Made by a program: the position numbers and the translations under genes. Positions 29,856 through 38,954 of a stretch of DNA of 64,000 nucleotides are shown here, one piece after another. The notes under the pieces were generated by a model. That model worked only from the letters and a program-made list of their open reading frames with translations, was not told where the DNA came from and ran no database searches. Source of the stretch: Alphaproteobacteria bacterium (GTDB lineage: Bacteria > Pseudomonadota > Alphaproteobacteria > MPNO01); contig CBDFLJ010000002.1 in the NCBI GenBank assembly GCA_965248835.1, positions 2,464,001 through 2,528,000 of the forward strand. Reading direction: 5' to 3'. Within the stretch, counting starts at the first letter, position 1. The number at the start of each line of letters is the position of its first letter.

Positions 29856-30662
29856 TCAGCGGGCCGCCAGCGCCGCCTCGGCCTCGATCATGCCGCGCGA
29901 GGCCTCCTCGCGCAGCAGCGACCAGAGCTGGCCGACATAATGGCCGAACTCCGGCGTCGAGATCACTTCCGAGGAGCGCGGCCGCGGCAGGTCGATGGTG
30001 ATCTGCTCCTTGATGCGGCCCGGCCTGAAGGACATCACCACCACGCGGTCGGAGAGCTGGACCGCCTCGGTGATGTTGTGAGTGATCAGCAGCATGGTCT
30101 GGTTGAGCGCCGCCCATATCTCCAGCATCTTGTCGCCCAGGAGCATCCGGGTCTGCTCATCGAGCGCGCCGAACGGCTCGTCCATCAGCATGATCCGCGG
30201 CTCGTAGGCCAGCGTGCGCGCCACCGCGGTGCGCTGCTTCATGCCGCCCGAGAGCTGCGCCGGATAGTGGTTCTCGAAGCCCTCCAGCCCGACCAGCCGG
30301 ACGAAATTCCGGGCGCGTTCCTCGCGCTCGGGCTTGGCCATGCCCTGGACCTCCAGCGAGAACGCGACGTTGTCGAGCGTGGTCCGCCACGGGAAGGTCG
30401 ATTCCTCCTGGAAGACCACGCCGACGTCGCGGTGCGCGCCATCGACCGGATGGCCGTCGATAAGGACCGAGCCCTCGTGGCCGGCGATCAGCCCGCCGAC
30501 GATGTTGAACAACGTCGACTTGCCGCACCCGCTGGGCCCGATCACCGAGACGAACGCGCCCTCGGCAACGTTGAGCGTCACGCCGTCCAGCGCCTTGACC
30601 GGGTTCTCCCCGTCCGGGTCATAGGTCTTCGAGACCCCGGCGATTTCCAGGATATCGCCCAT
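29856..30662 (-). CDS. ABC ATP-binding protein (NitT/TauT family)
   Basis: GPSGCGKST, LSGGMKQR, MDEPFGALD and LPRPR motifs. Confidence 0.92.
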   Translation of the reverse strand: MGDILEIAGVSKTYDPDGENPVKALDGVTLNVAEGAFVSVIGPSGCGKSTLFNIVGGLIAGHEGSVLIDGHPVDGAHRDVGVVFQEESTFPWRTTLDNVAFSLEVQGMAKPEREERARNFVRLVGLEGFENHYPAQLSGGMKQRTAVARTLAYEPRIMLMDEPFGALDEQTRMLLGDKMLEIWAALNQTMLLITHNITEAVQLSDRVVVMSFRPGRIKEQITIDLPRPRSSEVISTPEFGHYVGQLWSLLREEASRGMIEAEAALAAR

Positions 30663-30815
30663 CCGTCTCCATCCGTGCTCGTTGCCGCGCCTTGGGTGCC
30701 GGGCCTTCCTCGCGCCGGCGGGCACTGCGTGGGATCATAGTCCCGCGCGGCGCCCGCCGGTGTCAACCGAGACGGCTCTTGCGCGCGGCGCAACAGCATG
30801 CCGAGAGGGACCGCG

Positions 30816-31892
30816 ATGGCCGAAAATTTCCTGACCACCCACGAGATCGTGCAGGCTGCACGGAGCCGCGCCAGCCAGCCGGTGTGGAACTACATCACCG
30901 GCGCGGCGGAGACCGAGACCACCATGCGGCGGAACCGCCATGGGCTCGACCGCATCGCGTTCCGGCCGCGGGTGCTGCGCGACGTCTCCACGATCGATCC
31001 CTCGGCGACGCTGCTGGGCCACCGGCTGCGCATCCCGGTGCTGCTGGCGCCGATCGGCTCTCTCCAGTCGATCACCGAGGACGGCGGTGTCGCCGTCGCC
31101 AAGGCCGCTGCCGCGTTCGGCACCATCAACATGGTCAGCACCGTCACCCAACCCAGCCTCGAAGAGATCGCGGCGGCGACCACAACCCCGAAGATCTTTC
31201 AGATCTATATCCGCGGCGATGACGGGTGGATCCGCGATCTGATCGACCGCGCGAAGGCGGCCGGCTATGCCGCGCTCGCACTGACCGTGGACTCCGCCTA
31301 TTACGGCCGGCGCGAGCGCCAGCTCCTCTCCCGCTGGCTGCCGCCGTCGGTGCGCACCCAGACCGGCCGGGAATGGCAGACCATGATCACCTGGGAGACG
31401 ATGGCGATGATGAAGGAGCACGGCGGCCTGCCCTTCATCCTCAAGGGCATCCAGACGGCCGAGGACGCGGTGCTCGCGCTCGAGCACGGGGTGGACATGA
31501 TCTACGTCTCCAACCACGGCGGCCGCCAGCTCGACCACGGTCAGGGCGCCATCGACATCCTGCGCGAGGTGGCCGACGCCGTCGAAGGCCGCGTCCCGGT
31601 GCTGGTCGATTCCGGCTTCATGCGCGGCACCGACATCCTCAAGGCGCTGGCGATGGGCGCAAGCGCGGTCGCCATCGGCCGCCTCCAGGCCTGGGCGCTG
31701 GCGGCCGGCGGCGCGCCGGCGCTGGTCCGCGCGCTGGAGATCCTCGAAGCCGAGATGACCAACGCCATGGGCCTGATCGGCGTGACAGCCCTCGACCAGC
31801 TCGGTCCGACCTATCTTGCCCAGGCGCCCTCGGTCACCGCCGCCCACGAACTCGGCGCGCTGCCCTTCCTGGACGACGCGTTCCGCCTGTAG
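30816..31892 (+). CDS. FMN-dependent alpha-hydroxy-acid oxidase/dehydrogenase
   Basis: FRPRVL, LTVD, LKGI, SNHGGRQLD and DSGFMRGTD motifs. Confidence 0.92.
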   Translation: MAENFLTTHEIVQAARSRASQPVWNYITGAAETETTMRRNRHGLDRIAFRPRVLRDVSTIDPSATLLGHRLRIPVLLAPIGSLQSITEDGGVAVAKAAAAFGTINMVSTVTQPSLEEIAAATTTPKIFQIYIRGDDGWIRDLIDRAKAAGYAALALTVDSAYYGRRERQLLSRWLPPSVRTQTGREWQTMITWETMAMMKEHGGLPFILKGIQTAEDAVLALEHGVDMIYVSNHGGRQLDHGQGAIDILREVADAVEGRVPVLVDSGFMRGTDILKALAMGASAVAIGRLQAWALAAGGAPALVRALEILEAEMTNAMGLIGVTALDQLGPTYLAQAPSVTAAHELGALPFLDDAFRL

Positions 31893-31925
31893 GCAAACGG
31901 GACGGCGGCCGCTGCCCTTGCCGGC

Positions 31926-33731
31926 TCAGCTCGCGGTGCCGGTCGAAGCCTCGCCGCTGGCGCGGGTGACCATCGGCGCGCTGTAACCCGGCTGGACCAC
32001 GACGTCGAGCAGGAACGGCTCGCCCGCCTCGACCGCCTTGATCGCGGCATCGAGCGCCGGCGCGAGCGCACCCACGGTCTCGATCGGGCCGTTGGCAGCC
32101 ACGCCCTGCGAACGGGCGAATCCGGCCAGATCGAGCGCCGGCTCGTCGATCCGCTGACCGATCCAGCGGTTCTCGACCGGGCGGTCGCGCTCCTTGGCCA
32201 TCGCCTCCTGGTGGACCTCGTCGTTGAAGTTCGAACGGTTGTTGGAGATCACGAACAGGATCGGGATCTTGTAGTGGGCGGCGGTCCACAGCGCGGAGCC
32301 GCCCTGCATGAAGTCGCCGTCGCCGAGGATCGCGATCGGCACCCGGCCGGAGTCCACGAGCGCCAGCCCCGCCCCGACGGCGTTGCCCGCGCCCGAGCCG
32401 AGCCCGCCGCCACCGTCGTTGCCGAGATAATCGAGCGGCCCCTCGAAGTGGTAGGAATCGCCGGCCCAGCCGAGCGGCACCCTGGTGAGGGTGATCTGCC
32501 GGCTGCCCTTGACGGCGTTGAGGGCGCCTGCGATGTCGCGCGGCGCGATCGGCGCGCCGGCATCCTTGGCCTCGGGCGCCACGACCGCGACCGGTTCGCC
32601 GCCGGCGAACCTTGGCTTGCCGTCCAGCCGGGCCTCGACCTCGGCAAGGAGCTGGGCGGTGAAGGCGTCGGGGTCCGACAGGATCCGTTGATCGGCCGCG
32701 GCGAGCCCGAAATGGTCCATCGACCAGCCGTTGTGGACATAGGAATCGAGCGTGACGTCGATCACCGTGCCGGTGATGCCGAAGCCCACGCCGAGCGCCT
32801 TGAAGGTGCCGGCAAGGTCGATCCAGTCGAGCACCAGGAGCGCATCGGCCTCGCGCACGATATCCTCACCCGCCCCGCGCACCCAGTTGGACGGCGGGCC
32901 GGCGTGGAGCCGGTGGCCGGTCGGAAAGGAGGCCGCGGTCTTGAGATCGGTGATGACGCGGGCGCCCAGCATCTCGGCCAGGCGCACCCGGCGGTCCCAG
33001 TCCTGCTTGCTGCGCGAGGTGCGGCCCATCATGATCACCGGGCGGGCGGCGGAAACCATCGCCTCGGCGGCCGCGGCGACCGCATCGGCCGAGGCGTGCG
33101 GCACCTCCGGCACCTCGAAGCGGGAGACATCGGGGATCGTGACCTCCGATGACAGCCGCGTCTCCTGCAGCCCTGCGTCGAGGCAGATATAGATCGGGCC
33201 GCGCGGCGGGGTCCTGACCATGATGCCCGCACGCAGCATGGTCTCGACGATCGCCTCGGCCGAGCGCGGCTCGTCGTCCCATTTGACGAAGTTGCGCAGC
33301 ATCATGCCCTGGTCCTTGGCAGTGTGGATCCAGTCGATCCACGGCCGGCGCAGCGGCGCGTCCACCGGTCCGGTCGCGCCCATCACGAAGACCGGTGCGC
33401 GGTCGCACCAGGCGTTGAACATGCCCATCAGCCCGTGCATCAGCCCGACATTGGAATGGACGATCGCGCCCATCGGCTCGTCGGCCACCTTGGCGTAGCC
33501 GTGGGCGATGGAAATCGCATGGTCCTCGTGCAGACAGAGCAGCATCTGCGGGTCCTCGTTGCCGAGGTAGTTCACGATCGAGTCGTGGAAGCCGCGATAG
33601 CTCGCACCGGGGTTGAGGGAGACGTATTTGATGCCGAGCCGGCGCATCATCTCGGCCGCGACGTCGCTGGCCCATTCCATCTGGCGGTTGCCGCCGAGCG
33701 CGGGGCGGTCGAGCTTGTCGAGCATGTTCAT
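31926..33731 (-). CDS. ThDP-dependent enzyme (benzoylformate decarboxylase-like 2-oxo-acid decarboxylase)
   Basis: NPGAS, LHE, HSNVGL, GGGGLG and GDGD...NN motifs. Confidence 0.87.
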   Translation of the reverse strand: MNMLDKLDRPALGGNRQMEWASDVAAEMMRRLGIKYVSLNPGASYRGFHDSIVNYLGNEDPQMLLCLHEDHAISIAHGYAKVADEPMGAIVHSNVGLMHGLMGMFNAWCDRAPVFVMGATGPVDAPLRRPWIDWIHTAKDQGMMLRNFVKWDDEPRSAEAIVETMLRAGIMVRTPPRGPIYICLDAGLQETRLSSEVTIPDVSRFEVPEVPHASADAVAAAAEAMVSAARPVIMMGRTSRSKQDWDRRVRLAEMLGARVITDLKTAASFPTGHRLHAGPPSNWVRGAGEDIVREADALLVLDWIDLAGTFKALGVGFGITGTVIDVTLDSYVHNGWSMDHFGLAAADQRILSDPDAFTAQLLAEVEARLDGKPRFAGGEPVAVVAPEAKDAGAPIAPRDIAGALNAVKGSRQITLTRVPLGWAGDSYHFEGPLDYLGNDGGGGLGSGAGNAVGAGLALVDSGRVPIAILGDGDFMQGGSALWTAAHYKIPILFVISNNRSNFNDEVHQEAMAKERDRPVENRWIGQRIDEPALDLAGFARSQGVAANGPIETVGALAPALDAAIKAVEAGEPFLLDVVVQPGYSAPMVTRASGEASTGTAS

Positions 33732-33734
33732 CGG

Positions 33735-34814
33735 TCAGTACTCCGGGGTCCTGAGGGAAAGGAACGGCAGGGCGCTGAGCGCGGACGGCGCGCGCACCGG
33801 CGCCGCTTCATGGAGGAAGGTCTCGTCGAGTTCGGACAACGAGGTGATGCCCATCAGGCCCATCGCGATCCGCATCTCGTCCTCCAGGAGCTCGAGCACG
33901 CGGACGATGCCGGCGGCCCCGTCGGCGGCGAGCCCCAGCCCCTGGACCTTGCCGACCGCGACCGCGTCGGCGCCGCGCGCGACCGCCTTGAGGATGTCGG
34001 TGCCGCGCATGAAGCCGCCGTCGACAACGATCTCGCACCGGCCGCCGATCGCGGCGACCACCTCGGGCAGCACGTCGATGCTGGCCCGGCCGTGGTCGAG
34101 CTGGCGCCCGCCGTGGTTGGAGACATAGACCGTCTCGACCCCGTGCTCGGCCGCCTTTTCGGCATCCTCGGCGGTGGCGATCCCCTTGATCTGCAGCGCG
34201 ATGTCGAAGCTGTCCTTGAACCACTTGACGGCATCCCAGTCGAGACCGGCCTGGAACTCCCAGCCTTCCATTACCTGGCGCCGGCTGGTGGGCGCATAGC
34301 GCTTGATGAGGTCGCGCTCGCGCCGGCTGTACAGCGCGACGTCGACGGTCAGGCAGAACGCGGCATAGCCGTGTTCGATCGCGCGGCGGACGTAACCGGC
34401 GATCCAGTCGCGGTCGCCCCGGACATAGAGCTGGTAGATCTTGGGATGGGCGGTCTCCGCGGCGACCTCCTCGAGCCCGGGCATGGTGACCGAGCTCAGG
34501 TAGCTGACCACCCCGAAGGTCTCGGCCGCCTTGGCGACCTCCATCGAGCCGCCGGGATGCAGCGTCTCCAGCGATCCCATCGGGGCCAGCGCCACCGGCA
34601 GGCGGGTGTCGTGGCCGGCCGTCCGCCCGCGGCAGTCGATCTGGCGCACGTCGTTCAGCACCCGCGGGCGGAAGGCGATGCTGTCCAGCCCCTGGCGGTT
34701 GCGCAGCAGCGTCGTCTCGGTTTCGGTCCCGCCGGTCAGATAGTCCCACGCCCCGTCGGAGACGTTGCCGCGCGCCGCCGCGGCAATCTCGTGCAGGGTC
34801 TCGAAGTCGGCCAA
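33735..34814 (-). CDS. FMN-dependent alpha-hydroxy-acid oxidase/dehydrogenase
   Basis: FRPRVL, QLY, IKGI, SNHGGRQLD and DGGFMRGTD; TTG start 6 nt after GGAGG (GTG at 34820 is an alternative). Confidence 0.9.
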   Translation of the reverse strand: MADFETLHEIAAAARGNVSDGAWDYLTGGTETETTLLRNRQGLDSIAFRPRVLNDVRQIDCRGRTAGHDTRLPVALAPMGSLETLHPGGSMEVAKAAETFGVVSYLSSVTMPGLEEVAAETAHPKIYQLYVRGDRDWIAGYVRRAIEHGYAAFCLTVDVALYSRRERDLIKRYAPTSRRQVMEGWEFQAGLDWDAVKWFKDSFDIALQIKGIATAEDAEKAAEHGVETVYVSNHGGRQLDHGRASIDVLPEVVAAIGGRCEIVVDGGFMRGTDILKAVARGADAVAVGKVQGLGLAADGAAGIVRVLELLEDEMRIAMGLMGITSLSELDETFLHEAAPVRAPSALSALPFLSLRTPEY

Positions 34815-34965
34815 GGCCACCCTCCCCTCGCAACGGCGCGCCCTCCCGCCGGCGCACCCCTCGACCGTGCCATCTAGCCCGGGCCGCCCGGGCGAGTCCA
34901 GGGCGCGCCACACCGGCCGCATCCGGCGCGCGGCGGCCAGGATGCCGGAGCCGGCAGATGTCGAA

Positions 34966-36177
34966 TCAACAGAACGGGCAGCCGGGGTGCTCGGCAAGAA
35001 TGTTGCTCACCACGGCTTGGGTCGTGGGCGGCGGTGTCTGGCGGCTGCGCCCGGTGACCACAGCAATGCCGTCGATCAGGACCATGCTAATGCCCGGCAG
35101 GTCGCCGTGGGCAATGGCATCGGCGAGCGTGCCGCCGGCCGAGCCGCCGACCGGGCCGGCAATGATCAAATCGGCCGGAGCGCCGGGGCGCAGGTGTCCG
35201 ACGTCCAGCCCATGGGCCTTGGCGGTGTTGCCGGTCGCCACCGCGATCGCCTCGCCCGGGCTCAGGCCGCAGACCGCGGACAGGTAGCAGATGTTGCGCA
35301 GCATGCCGCGCGGGATGATGCCGGTGCCGCCCGGGGTGTCGGTGCCGAGCGTGAGCCGGTCGAGCCGGCCGGCCTCGGCCAGGCGCCGGACCACGTTGAG
35401 GCTCGAGCGGTAATTGCCCGACGAGCAGACCTCGAGCGCGAAGCCGGTGTCATCGACCAGCCGGTCGAGATCGTCATCGCTCATCGGGATCGGCCCGCCC
35501 GAGACGTGGGCGGCGATGTCGGGCTGCAGCCAGGCGCAGGTCTCGAAGCCGCAGATCCGGCTGGCGCCCGAGCGCGAGACGCCGCCGGTGTGGACCTTGG
35601 TGCGCATGCCGCGGCTGCGCGCCCAAATGCTGTAACGCAGCGCCTCGGCGCGGTCGTCCTCCAGCGGGTAGAAGATGAACTTGACCAGGATCGCTCCGGC
35701 CTCGGCGAGCGTGTCGAACTGGGCCTCGGTCATGCCGGGGACCAGGAGCGCCGTGCCGGCATGCATCTTCACACCCGACCAGCGCACCCGTCCGGTGGTC
35801 TCGGCCGCGACCAGCGCCAGCGCCGTCACCAGGTCGGGGTGCAAGTTCGCGTAGTCGAGGCCCGGCGCATGGAGTTCGCCCGCCGAGACCATGCTCGTCG
35901 TGCCGCCGTGGAGATAGTTACCGACCCAGCCGAGCGCGTCCTGGGTCGGTGTCCATTCGCCCAGCACCGGGTGGACATGGCCGTCGATCAGCCCCGGCAG
36001 CACCGCCGCGCCGCCGGCATCGATCACCGTCGTCTCGCCCAAGGGCGCGGTCTCCGGCGGCGGGTCGAGTGCCGCGATGCGGCCGTCCTCGATCAGAAGC
36101 GATGAGACCAGAGCGGTCGGCGCGGCGATGTCTCCGGTGAAGAACTCGCCGATGCCGGTGATCAACGTGCGCGTCAT
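34966..36177 (-). CDS. Enamidase-like amidohydrolase
   Basis: PGLIDGHVH, LHGGTT, HTGG, HVSGGP, DTPGGTG and SRQTPP resemble the nicotinate-pathway enamidase as I recall it. Confidence 0.8.
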   Translation of the reverse strand: MTRTLITGIGEFFTGDIAAPTALVSSLLIEDGRIAALDPPPETAPLGETTVIDAGGAAVLPGLIDGHVHPVLGEWTPTQDALGWVGNYLHGGTTSMVSAGELHAPGLDYANLHPDLVTALALVAAETTGRVRWSGVKMHAGTALLVPGMTEAQFDTLAEAGAILVKFIFYPLEDDRAEALRYSIWARSRGMRTKVHTGGVSRSGASRICGFETCAWLQPDIAAHVSGGPIPMSDDDLDRLVDDTGFALEVCSSGNYRSSLNVVRRLAEAGRLDRLTLGTDTPGGTGIIPRGMLRNICYLSAVCGLSPGEAIAVATGNTAKAHGLDVGHLRPGAPADLIIAGPVGGSAGGTLADAIAHGDLPGISMVLIDGIAVVTGRSRQTPPPTTQAVVSNILAEHPGCPFC

Positions 36178-36288
36178 CGTGCGAGTATAGCGCGGCGGAC
36201 CGCATCGCGAAGGCCGGCCCTTTACCCGCACGGGACGATCTGGCAGGACTGCGCCGAGCCCAGCACACCGCAATCCGGGAGACAGGGG

Positions 36289-37293
36289 ATGAACGGGACG
36301 GAATTCGCGCTTGCCAGCTTCGCCGGAGGACCCGGTGCGCCATTTGCCGCGATCGTCCTCGGTGAGCGCGCGGTCTCGATCGCAAGCGTCTATTCCGCCT
36401 ATCGCGACAGCCCGCGCGGCAAGGCCGGGCCGCTGACCGCAACCCAGAGCATCGACGGGCTGCTCGAGGGTTGGGATCACAATTTTCCGGTGCTGCAGGA
36501 GATCGTCGCCTTCCTGGAGCGGGAAGGGATCGACAGCGACCGGTTCGCGGGGGCTGCGGCCAAGGTCTCGGATTTGCGGGCGCTGCCGCCGGTCGCGCGG
36601 CCGGGCAAGATCTTCAACGCCGCGCAGAATTTCCAAGAACATGTCGATGAGATGATCCGCGCCGGGACCTCGCCCGCGGGCGGGCCGCAGTTCACCGGCG
36701 ATCGATCGACCTCCAGACCCTATCTGTTCCTCAAGGCGCCGAGTGTCTTGGCCGGCGCCGATGACGACATCGCAATTCCGCGCGGCATGGAGCGGATCGA
36801 CTGGGAGGCCGAGATCGCCTGCGTCGTCTGGAAGAAGGCCAAGCGGGTCGGCGCCGAGCATGCGCTCGACCACGTCGCCGGCTTCATGACCACCAACGAC
36901 GTCTCCTGCCGCGACATGCAGATGCGCGAGGACCGCCCGGCGCTGCGCTCGGACTGGCTGGGCGGCAAGAGCCACGACCGTTTCGCCCCGATGGGGCCGG
37001 TCCTGGTGCCGGCCGCCTTCGTCGCCGATCACATGAACCTGTTTATCCGGCTTTGGGTGAACGGCGAAATCAAGCAGGACGGCAACACCGCGCAGTTCAT
37101 CTACACGCCCGAGGAGCAGATCGCGTTCGCCTCCAACATCCTGAGCTTGGAGACCGGCGACGTCTTCGTCTGCGGCACCTGCGGCGGCGTCGGCATGGGG
37201 GCGGGCACGTTCCTTAAGGTCGGCGACGTGATGGAGACCGAGGTCGAGGGCCTCGGCAGGATGCGCAACCGCCTGGTCGAAGACCGGTCGTAG
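36289..37293 (+). CDS. Fumarylacetoacetate hydrolase family protein
   Basis: LFLK, DWEAE, NDVSCRD, GKSHD and GTCGGVG motifs. Confidence 0.9.
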   Translation: MNGTEFALASFAGGPGAPFAAIVLGERAVSIASVYSAYRDSPRGKAGPLTATQSIDGLLEGWDHNFPVLQEIVAFLEREGIDSDRFAGAAAKVSDLRALPPVARPGKIFNAAQNFQEHVDEMIRAGTSPAGGPQFTGDRSTSRPYLFLKAPSVLAGADDDIAIPRGMERIDWEAEIACVVWKKAKRVGAEHALDHVAGFMTTNDVSCRDMQMREDRPALRSDWLGGKSHDRFAPMGPVLVPAAFVADHMNLFIRLWVNGEIKQDGNTAQFIYTPEEQIAFASNILSLETGDVFVCGTCGGVGMGAGTFLKVGDVMETEVEGLGRMRNRLVEDRS

Positions 37294-37312
37294 GGCGGGC
37301 CGCGCGGCCTCC

Positions 37313-38953
37313 TCACCCGTCCTCGGGTTCCTCGGCGAGACGCCTGACCTCGGTGTTCATCGCGACGTCCTTGCGGCGGCGCTGGGCGATGCGCTTGCCG
37401 GTCTCGAAATAGTCGCTTTGGGTGGCAAGCCGGGCAGCCTCGTCGAATTCCTCGGACCATTCGCCCAGACTGTAGCCGTGCCACGGCGCTTGGGGCTTGA
37501 GCGGCGGCAGGCCGAGCTCTTCCCAGATCTTGCGGGCGTTTTCCATGAACGCCCGCTTGGGCAGCGAGATCGGCGGAAAATCCTCCTTCAGCGTGGCGTC
37601 GATCAAGACCGAGGCGTCCTCACCGTCGTTCCGCAGGCTGCGCGGGCCGTGGCCCTGGTCGCGGTGGCCCAGCACCTGGAAGTCGAGCGCCGGGTTGGCG
37701 CGGTAGGCCATCGCCCAGAACAGCGCGTCGGCGTTGTCGGGATCGATGTCCTCGTTGACCGCGATGACGTACTTGCCGGCCGCGCGGTGGAGCGAGGCCG
37801 CGCCGTACAGCGCCCGCCAGATCTCGGTCCTGGGCACCGCGCGCTCGACCTGGACGACGAGCACCTTGCGGATGTTGGTCAGCGGCTCATGCATACCGAC
37901 CCGGATGATGCCGCGGATTCCGAGGTGGTCGCGCAGGTGGGCGAGGAACAAAGGTTCCATCGCAACCCGCTTGATGGTGGAGGATTCAGACGGCGTGACC
38001 TGGCTGATGATCGAGGTCAACACCGCATCGCGGCGCCGCGTGATCGCGGTGACATCCATGAAGGCGTTGAATTCCTGCAGGTTGACGTGGCCGTGGCTCT
38101 CGCCGAACGGCGCCTCGGGCTCCAGGTACTCGGTGTCGATGAGGCCTTCGACGACGATCTCCGCCTCGGCCGGGACCAGCAGATCGACCGTCTTGGCCCG
38201 CACCACGTTGAGCGGGGCGCCGACCAGCCCGCCGGCGACGGCGAGCTCGTCCATGCTCTCGGGAAGCTTCATCGTCGAGGTGAAGGTCACGCATGGCGGC
38301 GCGCCCAGCACGACCGCGGCCGGCATCCGCTCGCCGCGGTCCTTGTATTTGAGCCAATGCGCATAGATCCCCGGCCGCAGCTCCAGCGACGGGTTCATGC
38401 CCAGCCGGCGCGGCGCCTTCACCTGGCCGCGGTAGTTGCCCATGTTCTGGACCAACGTATCGGGGTCCCGGGTGATGTATTGCGACAGCGTCGTGTAGGG
38501 CGCGTTGTCCCAGCCCGGCGTGGAGATCGGCACCGGGATGCCGTCGAGCCCGTTGCCGTCGGCGTCGAGCGCCGCACCCTCGAAGACCAGCTCATGGCAC
38601 GGTGCGGCCGCGACCTCGTTGGGCGGGATCGGGTTGGCGATCGCGCTCGCCCACTGCGCCTCGATCGCGTCCAGCGCGCAGCCGATGCCGCGGCGGTAGA
38701 TCTCCCGGTTCGCGGCCAGGGCGCCCACCACGACCGGGATGTCGAAGGCACGGCCCTTCGAATCGGTGACGTTGGTGAACAGGAACGCCTTGCGCTCGGC
38801 CTCGGGGATGCCGCCGCGGAACTGCCAGCGGACCAGCGGATGCATCTCGGTGTCCTTGTTGATCGGACGATCGATGCGGATCAGCAGCCCCGCGCCTTCG
38901 AGCGCGGCGATGTGGTCGTGGAGGTCGGCATAGGCGCGCGCGGGGCCGGCCAC
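37313..38953 (-). CDS. UbiD-family prFMN-dependent (de)carboxylase, paralogue 3
   Basis: NMGNYR, PAEAEIVVEG, EAPFGESHG and IDAT; GTG start just after the upstream stop. Confidence 0.9.
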   Translation of the reverse strand: MAGPARAYADLHDHIAALEGAGLLIRIDRPINKDTEMHPLVRWQFRGGIPEAERKAFLFTNVTDSKGRAFDIPVVVGALAANREIYRRGIGCALDAIEAQWASAIANPIPPNEVAAAPCHELVFEGAALDADGNGLDGIPVPISTPGWDNAPYTTLSQYITRDPDTLVQNMGNYRGQVKAPRRLGMNPSLELRPGIYAHWLKYKDRGERMPAAVVLGAPPCVTFTSTMKLPESMDELAVAGGLVGAPLNVVRAKTVDLLVPAEAEIVVEGLIDTEYLEPEAPFGESHGHVNLQEFNAFMDVTAITRRRDAVLTSIISQVTPSESSTIKRVAMEPLFLAHLRDHLGIRGIIRVGMHEPLTNIRKVLVVQVERAVPRTEIWRALYGAASLHRAAGKYVIAVNEDIDPDNADALFWAMAYRANPALDFQVLGHRDQGHGPRSLRNDGEDASVLIDATLKEDFPPISLPKRAFMENARKIWEELGLPPLKPQAPWHGYSLGEWSEEFDEAARLATQSDYFETGKRIAQRRRKDVAMNTEVRRLAEEPEDG

Positions 38954-38954
38954 T

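Noticed and set aside
34900-34980. CPFC-TGA at the end of the enamidase as a second Sec site
   Set aside because: The read-through sequence is low-complexity and Arg/Ala-rich, overlaps the next gene out of frame, and the UGA is not at a motif Cys position.
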